The translations under genes were made by a program, and so were the position numbers. A stretch of 64,000 nt of DNA from an uncultured candidate division Zixibacteria bacterium (GTDB lineage: Bacteria; Zixibacteria; MSB-5A5; UBA10806): contig CAWDFP010000006.1 of assembly GCA_963801605.1 (NCBI GenBank), positions 1,760,001 through 1,824,000 on the forward strand, in the 5' to 3' direction. Within the stretch, counting starts at the first letter, position 1. The number at the start of each line of letters is the position of its first letter. This document shows, one piece after another, positions 1-9,506 of this stretch. The notes under the pieces are model-generated. The model searched no databases. It had not been told where the DNA came from and was given only the letters and a program-made list of their open reading frames with translations.

Positions 1-681
1 GTTGGATCGCTAAAAAGAATGTCTGAAATACTTACAGAAACTCTTCCGCAGAAATCATATTCCGGTATCGCCACACTTTCCGGCCCGTCGCACGCCGAGG
101 AAGTTTCTCGTGGGATTCCCACCGCAGTAGTTGCAGCATCCACAGAGAAAGAGGTTAGTAACGCGGTCCTGGACCTATTTAGGACTCCAAGATTCAGGGT
201 TTACACATCGGATGATATTTTAGGCGTAGAGTTGGCGGGATCCCTTAAAAACATCATTGCTTTAGCCGCCGGAATGCTCGACGGTTTAGGCCTTGGTGAT
301 AATACACGCGGCGCCCTACTGACTCGGGGGCTGGCCGAGATTGTGCGAATCGGCAAGAAACTTGGCGCAGATCCTATAACGTTCTCAGGGCTGTCGGGAG
401 TGGGAGATTTGGTTACCACCTGCTTGTCGCACCATTCGCGCAACCGGTTCGTGGGGGAGCAAATCGGGCTGGGGCAGACTCTGGAAGAAGTCCTTTCAAA
501 GATGAGCATGGTAGCCGAAGGGGTCCAAACCACCAAATCAGGTTACCAGCTTTCGAGACTTCACAAGGTTGAGATGCCGATAACCACACAGGTCCACCAC
601 GTACTTTTTGACGGTAAATCGCCTGCTGAGGCGATAAACGATCTCATGATCCGCGATCCCAAGCCCGAAGACTGGAGTTAG
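1..681 (+). CDS. gpsA: NAD(P)H-dependent glycerol-3-phosphate dehydrogenase (5'-truncated by window edge)
   Basis: SGPSHAEEV, GSLKNIIALAAG, GDLVTTC-SRN and AEGV motifs; frame open from base 1. Confidence 0.95.
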   Translation, partial: VGSLKRMSEILTETLPQKSYSGIATLSGPSHAEEVSRGIPTAVVAASTEKEVSNAVLDLFRTPRFRVYTSDDILGVELAGSLKNIIALAAGMLDGLGLGDNTRGALLTRGLAEIVRIGKKLGADPITFSGLSGVGDLVTTCLSHHSRNRFVGEQIGLGQTLEEVLSKMSMVAEGVQTTKSGYQLSRLHKVEMPITTQVHHVLFDGKSPAEAINDLMIRDPKPEDWS

Positions 682-779
682 CATTTCCGGATTCGCTCCC
701 AAAAATACCTTGCAAGGGGCTTTTGATTCTGTAATATTTACCTTTTAATGACGTATAAATATTAATCTGTAAAGGTCGG

Positions 780-1040
780 ATGATGGGCAAAAAAGCAGTT
801 CACAAAATAGATTTCGAAAAATCGATGGAGGAGCTCGAAAAGATCGTCAGCGATCTGGAATCCGGCACACTCACCCTTGATCAATCTATCGAAGCATTCG
901 AACGTGGCATCGAGCTATCCCGGCTTTGTCAAAAAAGACTTGAGGCCTCCGAGGAGCGTGTAAAAAAGCTTCTGGAAAAATCGGATGGCGAATTTGATTT
1001 AAAGCTCTTTGAGGAAGAAGAAGGTAGTACCAATGGATAA
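780..1040 (+). CDS. xseB: Exodeoxyribonuclease VII small subunit
   Basis: FEKSMEELEKIVSDLESG.LTLDQSIEAFERG signature; upstream of dxs. Confidence 0.93.
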   Translation: MMGKKAVHKIDFEKSMEELEKIVSDLESGTLTLDQSIEAFERGIELSRLCQKRLEASEERVKKLLEKSDGEFDLKLFEEEEGSTNG

Positions 1041-2937
1041 ATTATTGCCGAAGGTGAATTCCCCATCGGATTTGAAGTTGTTAGCACTTGACGATCTGCC
1101 GTTTTTAGCGGAGGAAATCCGCGAACTTATAATCGATGTATGTTCCAAAAACGGCGGGCATTTAGGCGCCAGCCTGGGGGTTGTGGAGTTGATAACGGCT
1201 TTGCATTATGTTTATGACACCCCTAAGGATATAATTATCTATGATGTCAGCCATCAAGCCTATACGCACAAAATATTAACGGGCCGACGAGACAGCTTTC
1301 CCACGATTCGAACAGCTGGCGGGCTCTCGGGCTTTTGCGCCAGAAGCGAATCAGAGTATGACGCATTTGGCGCCGGGCATGCTTGTACGTCTCTTTCGGC
1401 TGCGTTGGGGTTTGCGGCCGCCCGCGATCTTAAAGGCGAAACCAATAAGGTTATGGCAGTCGTAGGAGACGGATCGCTGACTGGCGGTATGGCCTGGGAA
1501 GGATTAAATCAGATCGGAGCATCGGGACGCAATATACTTGTAGTTCTTAACGATAATAATATGTCGATTTCGAAAAACGTTGGGGCGATTGCAAAATATC
1601 TCACTGAGATGCTGGCTGATGAGCCTTATAATAAATTAAAGAGCGAGATCTGGCGGCTTTCCGGCCTTCTGCCCAAGCATGAGAAATTCCGTGGAGCAGT
1701 TGGTATGATGGAAGAAACGCTTAAGGGCGTTATGGTCCCCGGCATTATTTTCGAAAAATTCGGTTTTCGCTATTTTGGCCCGATTGATGGACACGATATC
1801 AAGCTTCTGGTAAAAACCCTTGGCAATATTAAAAATCTTCCCGGCCCGAAATTCCTGCATATCAGTACAATCAAAGGCAAAGGATATCAATTCGCAGAAA
1901 ATGATTCCTTACGTTTTCACGGCGTCACCAAATTCGACAAGGTAACCGGCAAATCGCTGGCGCTGAGTAAATCGCTTCCCTATACAAAAGTTTTCGGGGA
2001 AACGATGGCGCATTTAGCCTCGAAAGACAAAGCAATCTGTGCGGTTACCGCAGCGATGTGCAGCGGTACCGGCCTGGAGAAATTTGCCAAGGAAAATCCG
2101 GCGCGCTTTTTCGATGTCGGTATTGCCGAGCAACACGGAGCAACATTCGCGGCGGGCCTGGCGGCCTGTGGTCTCAAGCCGTTTTATGCTGTTTATTCAA
2201 CTTTCCTTCAGCGCGGTTTTGATCAGGTTATGCACGATGTCGCCTTGCAGAAGTTGCCGGTGCGCTTCTGTATGGACCGTGCCGGAGTAGTTGGGGACGA
2301 TGGTCCCACGCACCATGGCTGTTTTGATATTTCGTTCCTGCGTCCAATACCGAACCTGGTATTGTTTGCGCCCAAGGATGGTCGTGAGTTCCGTGATGGA
2401 CTGGCATTTGCCGCGAATTTCAACGATGGCCCTATCGCTATTCGTTACCCCAGAGAGAGTATCCCCGAGGAAAGTATCGAAATGGATTTCCGGCCGCTGG
2501 AATTGGGAAGCTGGGAAATTTTGCGTGAGGGCACGGACCTGGCGATTATAGCAGTGGGAAGCATGGTTTATCCAGCCTGGAAAGCGAGCGAGATTCTCGA
2601 AAAGGATGGTCTCAAATGCCGCGTGATCAATGCCCGCTTTATCAAACCAATGGATGAGAAAATTCTAACTGATACTTTTAATAAATTCGATCGCATTCTA
2701 TCGGTAAGTGAAAATGTTATTTCCGGCGGTTTCGGTGAAGGCGTAATGGAATGGGCTACACAAAATGGTTTCAGAAACTTCGTTAAGAATCAAGCCATTC
2801 CCGACCGTTTCATCGAACATGGGCCGCGAGAAGCTCTGCTGCACAGTATTGGCCTCGATGCCGAGGGAATTGCCCTGGCGGCGCTGGAATTGCATCAAGT
2901 CTCAAAAAAGACGGAAGATTCGCGGAAACCAAATTGA
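1033..2937 (+). CDS. dxs: 1-deoxy-D-xylulose-5-phosphate synthase
   Basis: GGHLGASLG, GDGSLTGG..NDN TPP motif, FDVGIAEQH, DGPTHHG; probable ATG at 1033. Confidence 0.97.
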   Translation: MDKLLPKVNSPSDLKLLALDDLPFLAEEIRELIIDVCSKNGGHLGASLGVVELITALHYVYDTPKDIIIYDVSHQAYTHKILTGRRDSFPTIRTAGGLSGFCARSESEYDAFGAGHACTSLSAALGFAAARDLKGETNKVMAVVGDGSLTGGMAWEGLNQIGASGRNILVVLNDNNMSISKNVGAIAKYLTEMLADEPYNKLKSEIWRLSGLLPKHEKFRGAVGMMEETLKGVMVPGIIFEKFGFRYFGPIDGHDIKLLVKTLGNIKNLPGPKFLHISTIKGKGYQFAENDSLRFHGVTKFDKVTGKSLALSKSLPYTKVFGETMAHLASKDKAICAVTAAMCSGTGLEKFAKENPARFFDVGIAEQHGATFAAGLAACGLKPFYAVYSTFLQRGFDQVMHDVALQKLPVRFCMDRAGVVGDDGPTHHGCFDISFLRPIPNLVLFAPKDGREFRDGLAFAANFNDGPIAIRYPRESIPEESIEMDFRPLELGSWEILREGTDLAIIAVGSMVYPAWKASEILEKDGLKCRVINARFIKPMDEKILTDTFNKFDRILSVSENVISGGFGEGVMEWATQNGFRNFVKNQAIPDRFIEHGPREALLHSIGLDAEGIALAALELHQVSKKTEDSRKPN

Positions 2938-3794
2938 AGACAATCGTAATAACGGTCCATACCGACAGACCTTTGATCAAAGAAACTACCGATCGCATTA
3001 TCAACTGGTGCGATAAAAACGGAATCCAGTGTCGAGTCTGCGATGAATTGAATGGTGTCTCAAATCATCATGAACTCGCCATTTCGCGAGAGGAGATAAA
3101 GAAGGTCTGCGACGTTATCATCACGTTAGGCGGGGATGGTTCGATATTAGCATCTGCCAGGGCATTCGGAAATTACGGCGTTCCAATTCTGGGAGTAAAT
3201 CTTGGCAAGCTTGGCTTTTTGACAGAAGTGGCGCAAAACCAGATCGAAGACGCGCTATCCCGTCTCAAAGATAACAACTATAAAATCGAAGAGCGAATGG
3301 CTCTCGAAGTGACCATGCCTGATGGCGAAAAAATAACCGCCTTAAACGATATCGTGGTCGATCATGGTGACCAAATCCGGCTGGCTATGATGGATATTCT
3401 ATCTAACGGCGAATTCGTTTGCCCGTGCGATGCCGATGGAGTCGTGATTGCCACGCCTACCGGTTCGACCGCATATTCGCTCTCGGCCGGAGGCCCGATT
3501 ATAAATCCGGTTATGGATGCCATTGCGGTCAGCCCCATCTCGGCGCATACACTGGCGTTGCGAAGCATCATTTTCCCCGCGGAAAATGTGTTAACCGTGC
3601 GGGCCGGTTCAAATGAAATGAATCTCCGCGTAGCTCTCGATGGCCAAATTATGGGGCATCTCTCGAGCGGAGAAGAACTGGTTGTCAGGAAGGCCGATTA
3701 TAAGGTCAAATTGGTTAAATTCGAATCAAAATCGTTTTATGAGATATTGCGTACCAAGCTTCATTGGGGAGCGAGGCCTCTTTTCAATTCGTAA
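2934..3794 (+). CDS. nadK: NAD kinase
   Basis: GGDGS, GKLGFL, ATPTGSTAYSLSAGGP motifs. Confidence 0.95.
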   Translation: MKTIVITVHTDRPLIKETTDRIINWCDKNGIQCRVCDELNGVSNHHELAISREEIKKVCDVIITLGGDGSILASARAFGNYGVPILGVNLGKLGFLTEVAQNQIEDALSRLKDNNYKIEERMALEVTMPDGEKITALNDIVVDHGDQIRLAMMDILSNGEFVCPCDADGVVIATPTGSTAYSLSAGGPIINPVMDAIAVSPISAHTLALRSIIFPAENVLTVRAGSNEMNLRVALDGQIMGHLSSGEELVVRKADYKVKLVKFESKSFYEILRTKLHWGARPLFNS

Positions 3795-5506
3795 TGCTGG
3801 AGCATCTACATATAGAAAATTTCGCTTTAATCGACAGGCTCGACGTCGATTTTGGCGAGGGTTTGAATGTTTTGACCGGCTCGACCGGCGCGGGTAAATC
3901 GATAATAGTTGGGGCCCTGGATCTCATCTTGGGCGGGCGGGGAAGCGAAGAGATTATCCGAACCGGCGAAGCAGCCTGTATCGTTGAGGGCAGATTCAAG
4001 CTCGACAGCGGCGCTTTAATCAACAAAATAAAAAATAGATATGATATCGAAATTGAAAGTAAGGCCGTTACCATTCGCCGCGAATATAAGCGCAAGGGTG
4101 GAGGACGGGCCTTTATAGAAAGCTCGCAAGTATCACTTGCCGAACTTAAGGACATCGCTGAAGAATTAGCCGATATACTCGGACAGCATTCCCATCAGGC
4201 GCTTTTGGATCCCGCCACGCACTGCGGTTATCTCGATCGGTTTGCGGCCCTGGAAGATAAAGTCATGGAACTTCGAGGCCAGTATAATAAGGTGATCACT
4301 CTGAGAAATGAAATATCGGATGCGGATAGAATCGCTAAAGAGATTAAAGACCGGATCGAACTGTTATCATTTCAGATTAACGAAATCGAACGCGCCGGTT
4401 TAATAATTGGCGAGGAAGAGAAGCTAAAAGAAGAGAAAAAGCTTCTGGAAAACAGCCAGAAGATCAGGGAAACTGTTCAGTGGGCGACCAGGCTTTTGCT
4501 GGAAGATGACGGTTCTGCCATCGAAAAGATAGGAGAAGCGGAGAAAGGGCTGGGTCCGATATTAGCAGCCAGCGATAGAATCAAGGAGATCGCTTCAGCG
4601 CTGGGGGGCGCCGCCGATTCGCTGCGGGATTCGGTTAATACCTTAGAGAGCCTGGTGGCAAAGCTCGATGACGATCCTCAGCGTCTCGAAGAGGTTAATG
4701 TCCGGCTCGATGAGATTTATCGTTTACGAAAAAAATATGGAGCGGGAATCGAGGAGATTCTAAAATTTGCAGAGAAATCCAATACTGAGCTTTCAGGTCT
4801 AAAAGCCAAAGAACTAGATAGCAAGAATCTCAAAATACGATTTGATGAAGCTCTCACCGTACTCAATAATTTGGCACACGAGGTCTCCTCAGCGCGGAAA
4901 AAAGCGAGTTCCGGCCTGGAAAATCTGGTTATTGAAAAGCTTGTCCTTATGGGAATACCGAAAGCGCAGTTTAAGATTGAAATTACTCAAGCCGAAAACC
5001 CTGAGGGTTTTTACAAAGCGGATGATAAGCATGTTTCAGGAGATGCCACGGGATTCGATATTGTTGAATTTCAATTTTGTGCCAATCCCGGCGAAGGAAT
5101 AAAACCGTTAGCCAAGATCGCCTCTGGCGGGGAGATCTCGCGAGTGATGCTAGCGCTAAAAAACGCCTTCCTGCGGATACGGGGAAATACCTGCGAAGTC
5201 TTTGATGAAATCGACGTCGGTATTTCGGGTGAGGTTGCCGGCAAGGTTGCCCGGCAGCTCAAGGAGCTTTCAAAAAAACATCAGGTGATATGTATTACGC
5301 ATTTAGCACAGATTGCCTCGCTGGGCGATCACCATTTCAGGGTATTTAAGAGCACTCAGAAAGGGAGATCAGTTACCCAGGTACAAGCCCTCGATAGAGA
5401 AGAGAGAGTAAAGGAGATAGCGTCGCTGATTTCCGGCGAAAAGATATCCCCCAAAGCTCTGGCAGGAGCCGAGGAGCTCCTGCGGAACGCCGGGGGGAAT
5501 CAGTGA
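3794..5506 (+). CDS. recN: DNA repair protein RecN
   Basis: MLEHLHIENFALID start, Walker A GSTGAGKS, coiled coil, ASGGEISR and FDEID motifs; follows nadK. Confidence 0.96.
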   Translation: MLEHLHIENFALIDRLDVDFGEGLNVLTGSTGAGKSIIVGALDLILGGRGSEEIIRTGEAACIVEGRFKLDSGALINKIKNRYDIEIESKAVTIRREYKRKGGGRAFIESSQVSLAELKDIAEELADILGQHSHQALLDPATHCGYLDRFAALEDKVMELRGQYNKVITLRNEISDADRIAKEIKDRIELLSFQINEIERAGLIIGEEEKLKEEKKLLENSQKIRETVQWATRLLLEDDGSAIEKIGEAEKGLGPILAASDRIKEIASALGGAADSLRDSVNTLESLVAKLDDDPQRLEEVNVRLDEIYRLRKKYGAGIEEILKFAEKSNTELSGLKAKELDSKNLKIRFDEALTVLNNLAHEVSSARKKASSGLENLVIEKLVLMGIPKAQFKIEITQAENPEGFYKADDKHVSGDATGFDIVEFQFCANPGEGIKPLAKIASGGEISRVMLALKNAFLRIRGNTCEVFDEIDVGISGEVAGKVARQLKELSKKHQVICITHLAQIASLGDHHFRVFKSTQKGRSVTQVQALDREERVKEIASLISGEKISPKALAGAEELLRNAGGNQ

Positions 5507-6045
5507 AAACTGCGGGATATCTGAAGCGGAATATTCCCAATTTTTTATCGGCATTAAGGATTTTCCTGATTATTCCCTTTATAATGGCCATAGATCATAA
5601 TGATAATTTAGTTGTCATAATTACGGCCGCTACGATTGTTCTGACAGATTTTCTGGATGGCCGGCTGGCGCGGGCCTGGAATGTTATGTCATCAACAGGG
5701 AAGATACTTGACCCGCTGGCCGATAAGCTTTGCACGGCGCTGGCAGGCATAAGCATTGTGCATTTGCGAGGTTTTCCGTTATGGCTTTTGATATTATTTA
5801 TGATCCGCGATTTTGGCATACTCATAGCGGGGCTGGTGCTGATGAAATATCGGAATATAATGCCGGTTTCCGATATGCTTGGAAGATTCGCCATGGGCAT
5901 GGTAGCCGCCTGCCTTTCGATCTATTTGTTTGATGTAAAACCGCTTAAGCTGCCCCTGGTGATTCTAACTGTTATCATGATTCTCGTCTCGGCGATCTCC
6001 TACGGACGATATTTCTATAGAGTAATGAGACGGGAAGCAGTCTGA
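5503..6045 (+). CDS. CDP-alcohol phosphatidyltransferase (PgsA-like)
   Basis: DFLDGRLAR...GKILDPLADK signature; hydrophobic. Confidence 0.88.
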   Translation: MKTAGYLKRNIPNFLSALRIFLIIPFIMAIDHNDNLVVIITAATIVLTDFLDGRLARAWNVMSSTGKILDPLADKLCTALAGISIVHLRGFPLWLLILFMIRDFGILIAGLVLMKYRNIMPVSDMLGRFAMGMVAACLSIYLFDVKPLKLPLVILTVIMILVSAISYGRYFYRVMRREAV

Positions 6046-6198
6046 TGCGGTTTTGCTTGAAATTGGCACTAAAAGCTGGTATCATATTATAAATAGGAAA
6101 TCAAAAACCGGATCTAAACCTTTAGGGCTAATTTCCAGTCAAAAATAATGCAACTTGTCTGCATTTTAGGCAGTATGTAAATAGGAGATGAGGAGGAT

Positions 6199-6864
6199 AT
6201 GATGGCTAAAAGATTTTTAATGGTATTCGTCATGTTTGCGCTGATGGCCCCACTTGTCAGCGCCAAAAAAGAAAAAACTATTGTTTACAAAGACAGCACA
6301 TTAACCGACCCCAAATTCGGCTATACGATGAAAGTGGACGACAATTGGAAAGTAAGAAGCCTCAATGAACCCAATATCGAACGAGCTTTCATTGAAAAGA
6401 AAAATTACTCTATTAACCGACTGGTGCAAACCTACGGGGGAGATTATACCATTCCCACGGTAACAATCTACGCCACCGAGTTTAACGGATCGCTTGATGA
6501 TTTCGAAGCTTTATTGCGAAAGAGTCTCGAAGAACATCGTTCGGACAATGAAATAGTATCTAAACTTGGCCTTCTGATGGATAGCGAGATGGTAACCTCG
6601 GGCAATACCGCTATCGATTCTTTAAACGCCAAACAGATTATCTTAAAACGAAATTACAAAAGACTATTGTCCACGGATGCCTATGGCCGTCAAAGCCCCG
6701 AACAACAAGTGGATAAGGTCATAAACGACCACGAAGTGCATGAGATATTTGCCTTCAAAAAAGATAATGTCCTTTTTATCTTTCACGCCTTTTGCGAACG
6801 CGAATTCTACAGCAAGGAAAACAAGGACGAATTTGAGGCTATGGCCGCCTCTATGAAGTTTTAG
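6199..6864 (+). CDS. Secreted hypothetical protein (possibly PsbP/DcrB-like fold)
   Basis: Strong RBS (GAGGAGG), signal peptide ending VSA, 'DPKFGYTMKVDDNW' pattern. Confidence 0.6.
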   Translation: MMAKRFLMVFVMFALMAPLVSAKKEKTIVYKDSTLTDPKFGYTMKVDDNWKVRSLNEPNIERAFIEKKNYSINRLVQTYGGDYTIPTVTIYATEFNGSLDDFEALLRKSLEEHRSDNEIVSKLGLLMDSEMVTSGNTAIDSLNAKQIILKRNYKRLLSTDAYGRQSPEQQVDKVINDHEVHEIFAFKKDNVLFIFHAFCEREFYSKENKDEFEAMAASMKF

Positions 6865-6870
6865 ACGATT

Positions 6871-6928
6871 AAAAAATAACCTCAGGATGAAGCCCTTTGA
6901 TGAGCATATATCCTGAGGTTTTTTTATT
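6871..6928. terminator. Bidirectional intrinsic terminator
   Basis: AACCTCAGGAT...ATCCTGAGGTT inverted repeat flanked by A and T runs between convergent genes. Confidence 0.75.
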
Positions 6929-6963
6929 TCTACTTACTTCGACTAACTATTCAATTTCCCTAA

Positions 6964-8394
6964 TCATTTGTTTAGATTTTTGGCGGAATTGATGATTTCC
7001 GATGCGATTGGATCGAAATGGCTTTTTACCAGGTGCCCGCCCCTTAGCTCGATTATCTTAACGTAAGTTGAATCAAGAAGCGGGCAGATATCGTTATCAT
7101 CATTCTCTCCATAAAAACAGGTAATCCGGAGCGTTTTTAGTTTTTCAATTTCCGGCTGAACGGGGACGGCATCCTTGCCCGGGCCGCCTCCCATCCAATC
7201 GGAGAGATGGAATTTAAATTCGGTCTGAGCGCTGGGGCCGATCAAAACCACGAGCTTAACTTTAGAGAACAAGTCTTGAGGCAAGCGGCTGGTCATAAAT
7301 GGAAGGACGTCCGCGCCCAAGGAATATCCGCACAGGATGACTTCGCTTTTATTCCAGGTGGTCAGGTAATAACGCAGGATACGGGCCAGGTCTGCCGACG
7401 CGCGATCGGCGTCTTTTTCTTTCCAAAAATAATGCAATGTATTGAGTCCTACGACAGAAATGCCGCTATCGGACAAAGCTTTTGCCAGGCCGCGATCGGT
7501 GATACCCCAACCGCCATCGCCGGTGAGATGAACCATAAGAATATCGTTTGTGCTATCATTGGAGGGGACTTCCACTAATGGCAGATCGCTCACCTCGGGA
7601 GCCGTTGCTTCAGGCGGACTGTCGGATTTGGCGCTCGCTACCGTAGCGTAAGCCTGCTTAAATTGAGGCATCCAGTTTTTTGGAACCGAAAAGCCATGTC
7701 CGACTTTCGCAAGTTGAAAGATCGTGGCATTCTTCTTAACGAGCTTCACAAATTCAGCGGTATCTTTAGAGCTGCAGACTTGATCAATATCTCCCTGAAG
7801 GACGACCCAGGGAACCTCAAGGGCATCGGATGGCAGAAAGTTGTATCCTTTGCCTTTGGGTTCGGCTGTCCAATTCAGGCCGTTACCGTGACAGAATGGC
7901 TTGGTAACTGGCAGATCCGGGCAAAAACCCATACTGATTCCTCCTCGAAACGTGGTGGTCGGGGCTTGTACCAGGGTGGCATAAACAAGAGTGGCTCCCG
8001 AGGAGTAACCAACCAGAACAGGCGCGGTATAATTATCATACCCATATTTTTTCTGAATGTATTTGCTTAATAGTTCGAAATCGCTGGCGGGAAAAGAACA
8101 CGGCTCGCTTGATTTTTCAAGCTGTTTCAGATAGTGCGTAATATCTATCCCGGCTACCAAAGCGTTCAGCGAAGCAAGCGACCTGGCCATATCGATTACA
8201 CCCAGATTCCAGCCGCCATCCCCCGAAACAAAGAGGACTATATTTTGGGGCTGAGGCGATTGGTAATAAATATGAACAGTCCCGAATCGTCCAAATTGAA
8301 ATGAATCCTCCGAGGCTAAAGCGATTGATGTAAGAGCAAATACGAGGGCCAGCTCCAAGACGAACTTCTTCATGATTTCCTCCCCACTAACCAT
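6964..8394 (-). CDS. acvB: AcvB/VirJ-family aminoacyl-phosphatidylglycerol hydrolase
   Basis: Signal peptide; two alpha/beta-hydrolase repeats with SGDGGW/TGDGGW, GYSSG/GYSLGAD and GGH; downstream of MprF-like genes. Confidence 0.85.
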   Translation of the reverse strand: MVSGEEIMKKFVLELALVFALTSIALASEDSFQFGRFGTVHIYYQSPQPQNIVLFVSGDGGWNLGVIDMARSLASLNALVAGIDITHYLKQLEKSSEPCSFPASDFELLSKYIQKKYGYDNYTAPVLVGYSSGATLVYATLVQAPTTTFRGGISMGFCPDLPVTKPFCHGNGLNWTAEPKGKGYNFLPSDALEVPWVVLQGDIDQVCSSKDTAEFVKLVKKNATIFQLAKVGHGFSVPKNWMPQFKQAYATVASAKSDSPPEATAPEVSDLPLVEVPSNDSTNDILMVHLTGDGGWGITDRGLAKALSDSGISVVGLNTLHYFWKEKDADRASADLARILRYYLTTWNKSEVILCGYSLGADVLPFMTSRLPQDLFSKVKLVVLIGPSAQTEFKFHLSDWMGGGPGKDAVPVQPEIEKLKTLRITCFYGENDDNDICPLLDSTYVKIIELRGGHLVKSHFDPIASEIINSAKNLNK

Positions 8395-8423
8395 TATCTT
8401 ATCTTCTAAGAAAGCATTAATAT

Positions 8424-9506
8424 CTATTTATCGATTTCCTTGCGTTTCATCAGCCCGGATATCTCGGCGCGAATTTCCTTAAGCTTCATGCCGGTGCGCA
8501 GCAGCGCAAATGAACCGAGAATCCAGAGCGGCAATGTCAGCACTATAAAGGCTACCACCGAGAATCCGGAGGCGGTGGTTTTATCGATGTCGAAAAGGGT
8601 CAATCCTACCACTGTGAAAAATTGATAAGTGCCAACGTTGGAGGGAGCATTGGGAATGGCAATGCCCAATAACTGAATCATCATAACGGCTGCCCCAGAC
8701 CAGAGATTCAATTCGATGCCATATCCTTTCATGATAAACCAGAACGCCAGAATTTGAAATATCAGGAATAAAGGAGAAACCAAAAGGCCGAAATAGAAAG
8801 AGCGCGAGGCCCCCAGAGTTTTAATGCCGTTTGCCAACTTATTTAGAATACCGATCAATCGCCTTATCATTTTCGATCTCGGTTTGGCAGTTTCCTCATT
8901 TTTCTCAAGCTGCTGTTCCCGTCGGATAACCAGCGAAACAAATATGGCTATGAAAACCAGCACTACAACTCCCAGGATATCAGCCGCTCGCATCAGATTT
9001 TTGGGAAGATCAACCAGTAAAGCGGTCAATCCGACTCCCACGCCCAGCCAGATAGCGTCAAAGAAACGCTCAACCATAATCGAGGGTACAACGTTGACGA
9101 AACTGATGCCTTTCCATCGGGAAACGAGATAAGCCCGCACCAATTCCCCGGTTCTAAAGGGTAAAATCTCATTGGTAAAGAGGCCGGTATAGATGGCCTG
9201 GGTGGTTCTGATTACCGGCACATCTCCAACCGGTTTGAGAAGCAAATGCCAGCGATACCCCTGGCTAAGGTAACTGAAAAAATCGAGGATAAGTCCGAGA
9301 ATAACCCAACCCCAGGCGATCTTGCCGATCTGATCGAAAAGGCGCTCTGGATGAATGTCATGAAAGACCCAGATCAGGCAGGCCAGAGCAATAGCGTACC
9401 CCAGAATCTGCTTGAGGATTTGCCCAGGCTTGCGGGTATCGATACTTTCGGGCAGATCCAAAGCCAGGTTTTGTTCTTTCATATCATCGGGTTTTTTCTG
9501 GTTCAC
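8424..9506 (-). CDS. Lysylphosphatidylglycerol synthase TM / flippase-like protein (UPF0104)
   Basis: RW..LL, NEILPFRTGELVRAY, VERFFD, P.APSNVG motifs; multi-TM. Confidence 0.85.
   Translation of the reverse strand: MNQKKPDDMKEQNLALDLPESIDTRKPGQILKQILGYAIALACLIWVFHDIHPERLFDQIGKIAWGWVILGLILDFFSYLSQGYRWHLLLKPVGDVPVIRTTQAIYTGLFTNEILPFRTGELVRAYLVSRWKGISFVNVVPSIMVERFFDAIWLGVGVGLTALLVDLPKNLMRAADILGVVVLVFIAIFVSLVIRREQQLEKNEETAKPRSKMIRRLIGILNKLANGIKTLGASRSFYFGLLVSPLFLIFQILAFWFIMKGYGIELNLWSGAAVMMIQLLGIAIPNAPSNVGTYQFFTVVGLTLFDIDKTTASGFSVVAFIVLTLPLWILGSFALLRTGMKLKEIRAEISGLMKRKEIDK

Noticed and set aside
6060..6085. Sigma54 promoter (TGGCAC) upstream of the 6199 gene
   Set aside because: GG-to-GC spacing does not fit the -24/-12 consensus
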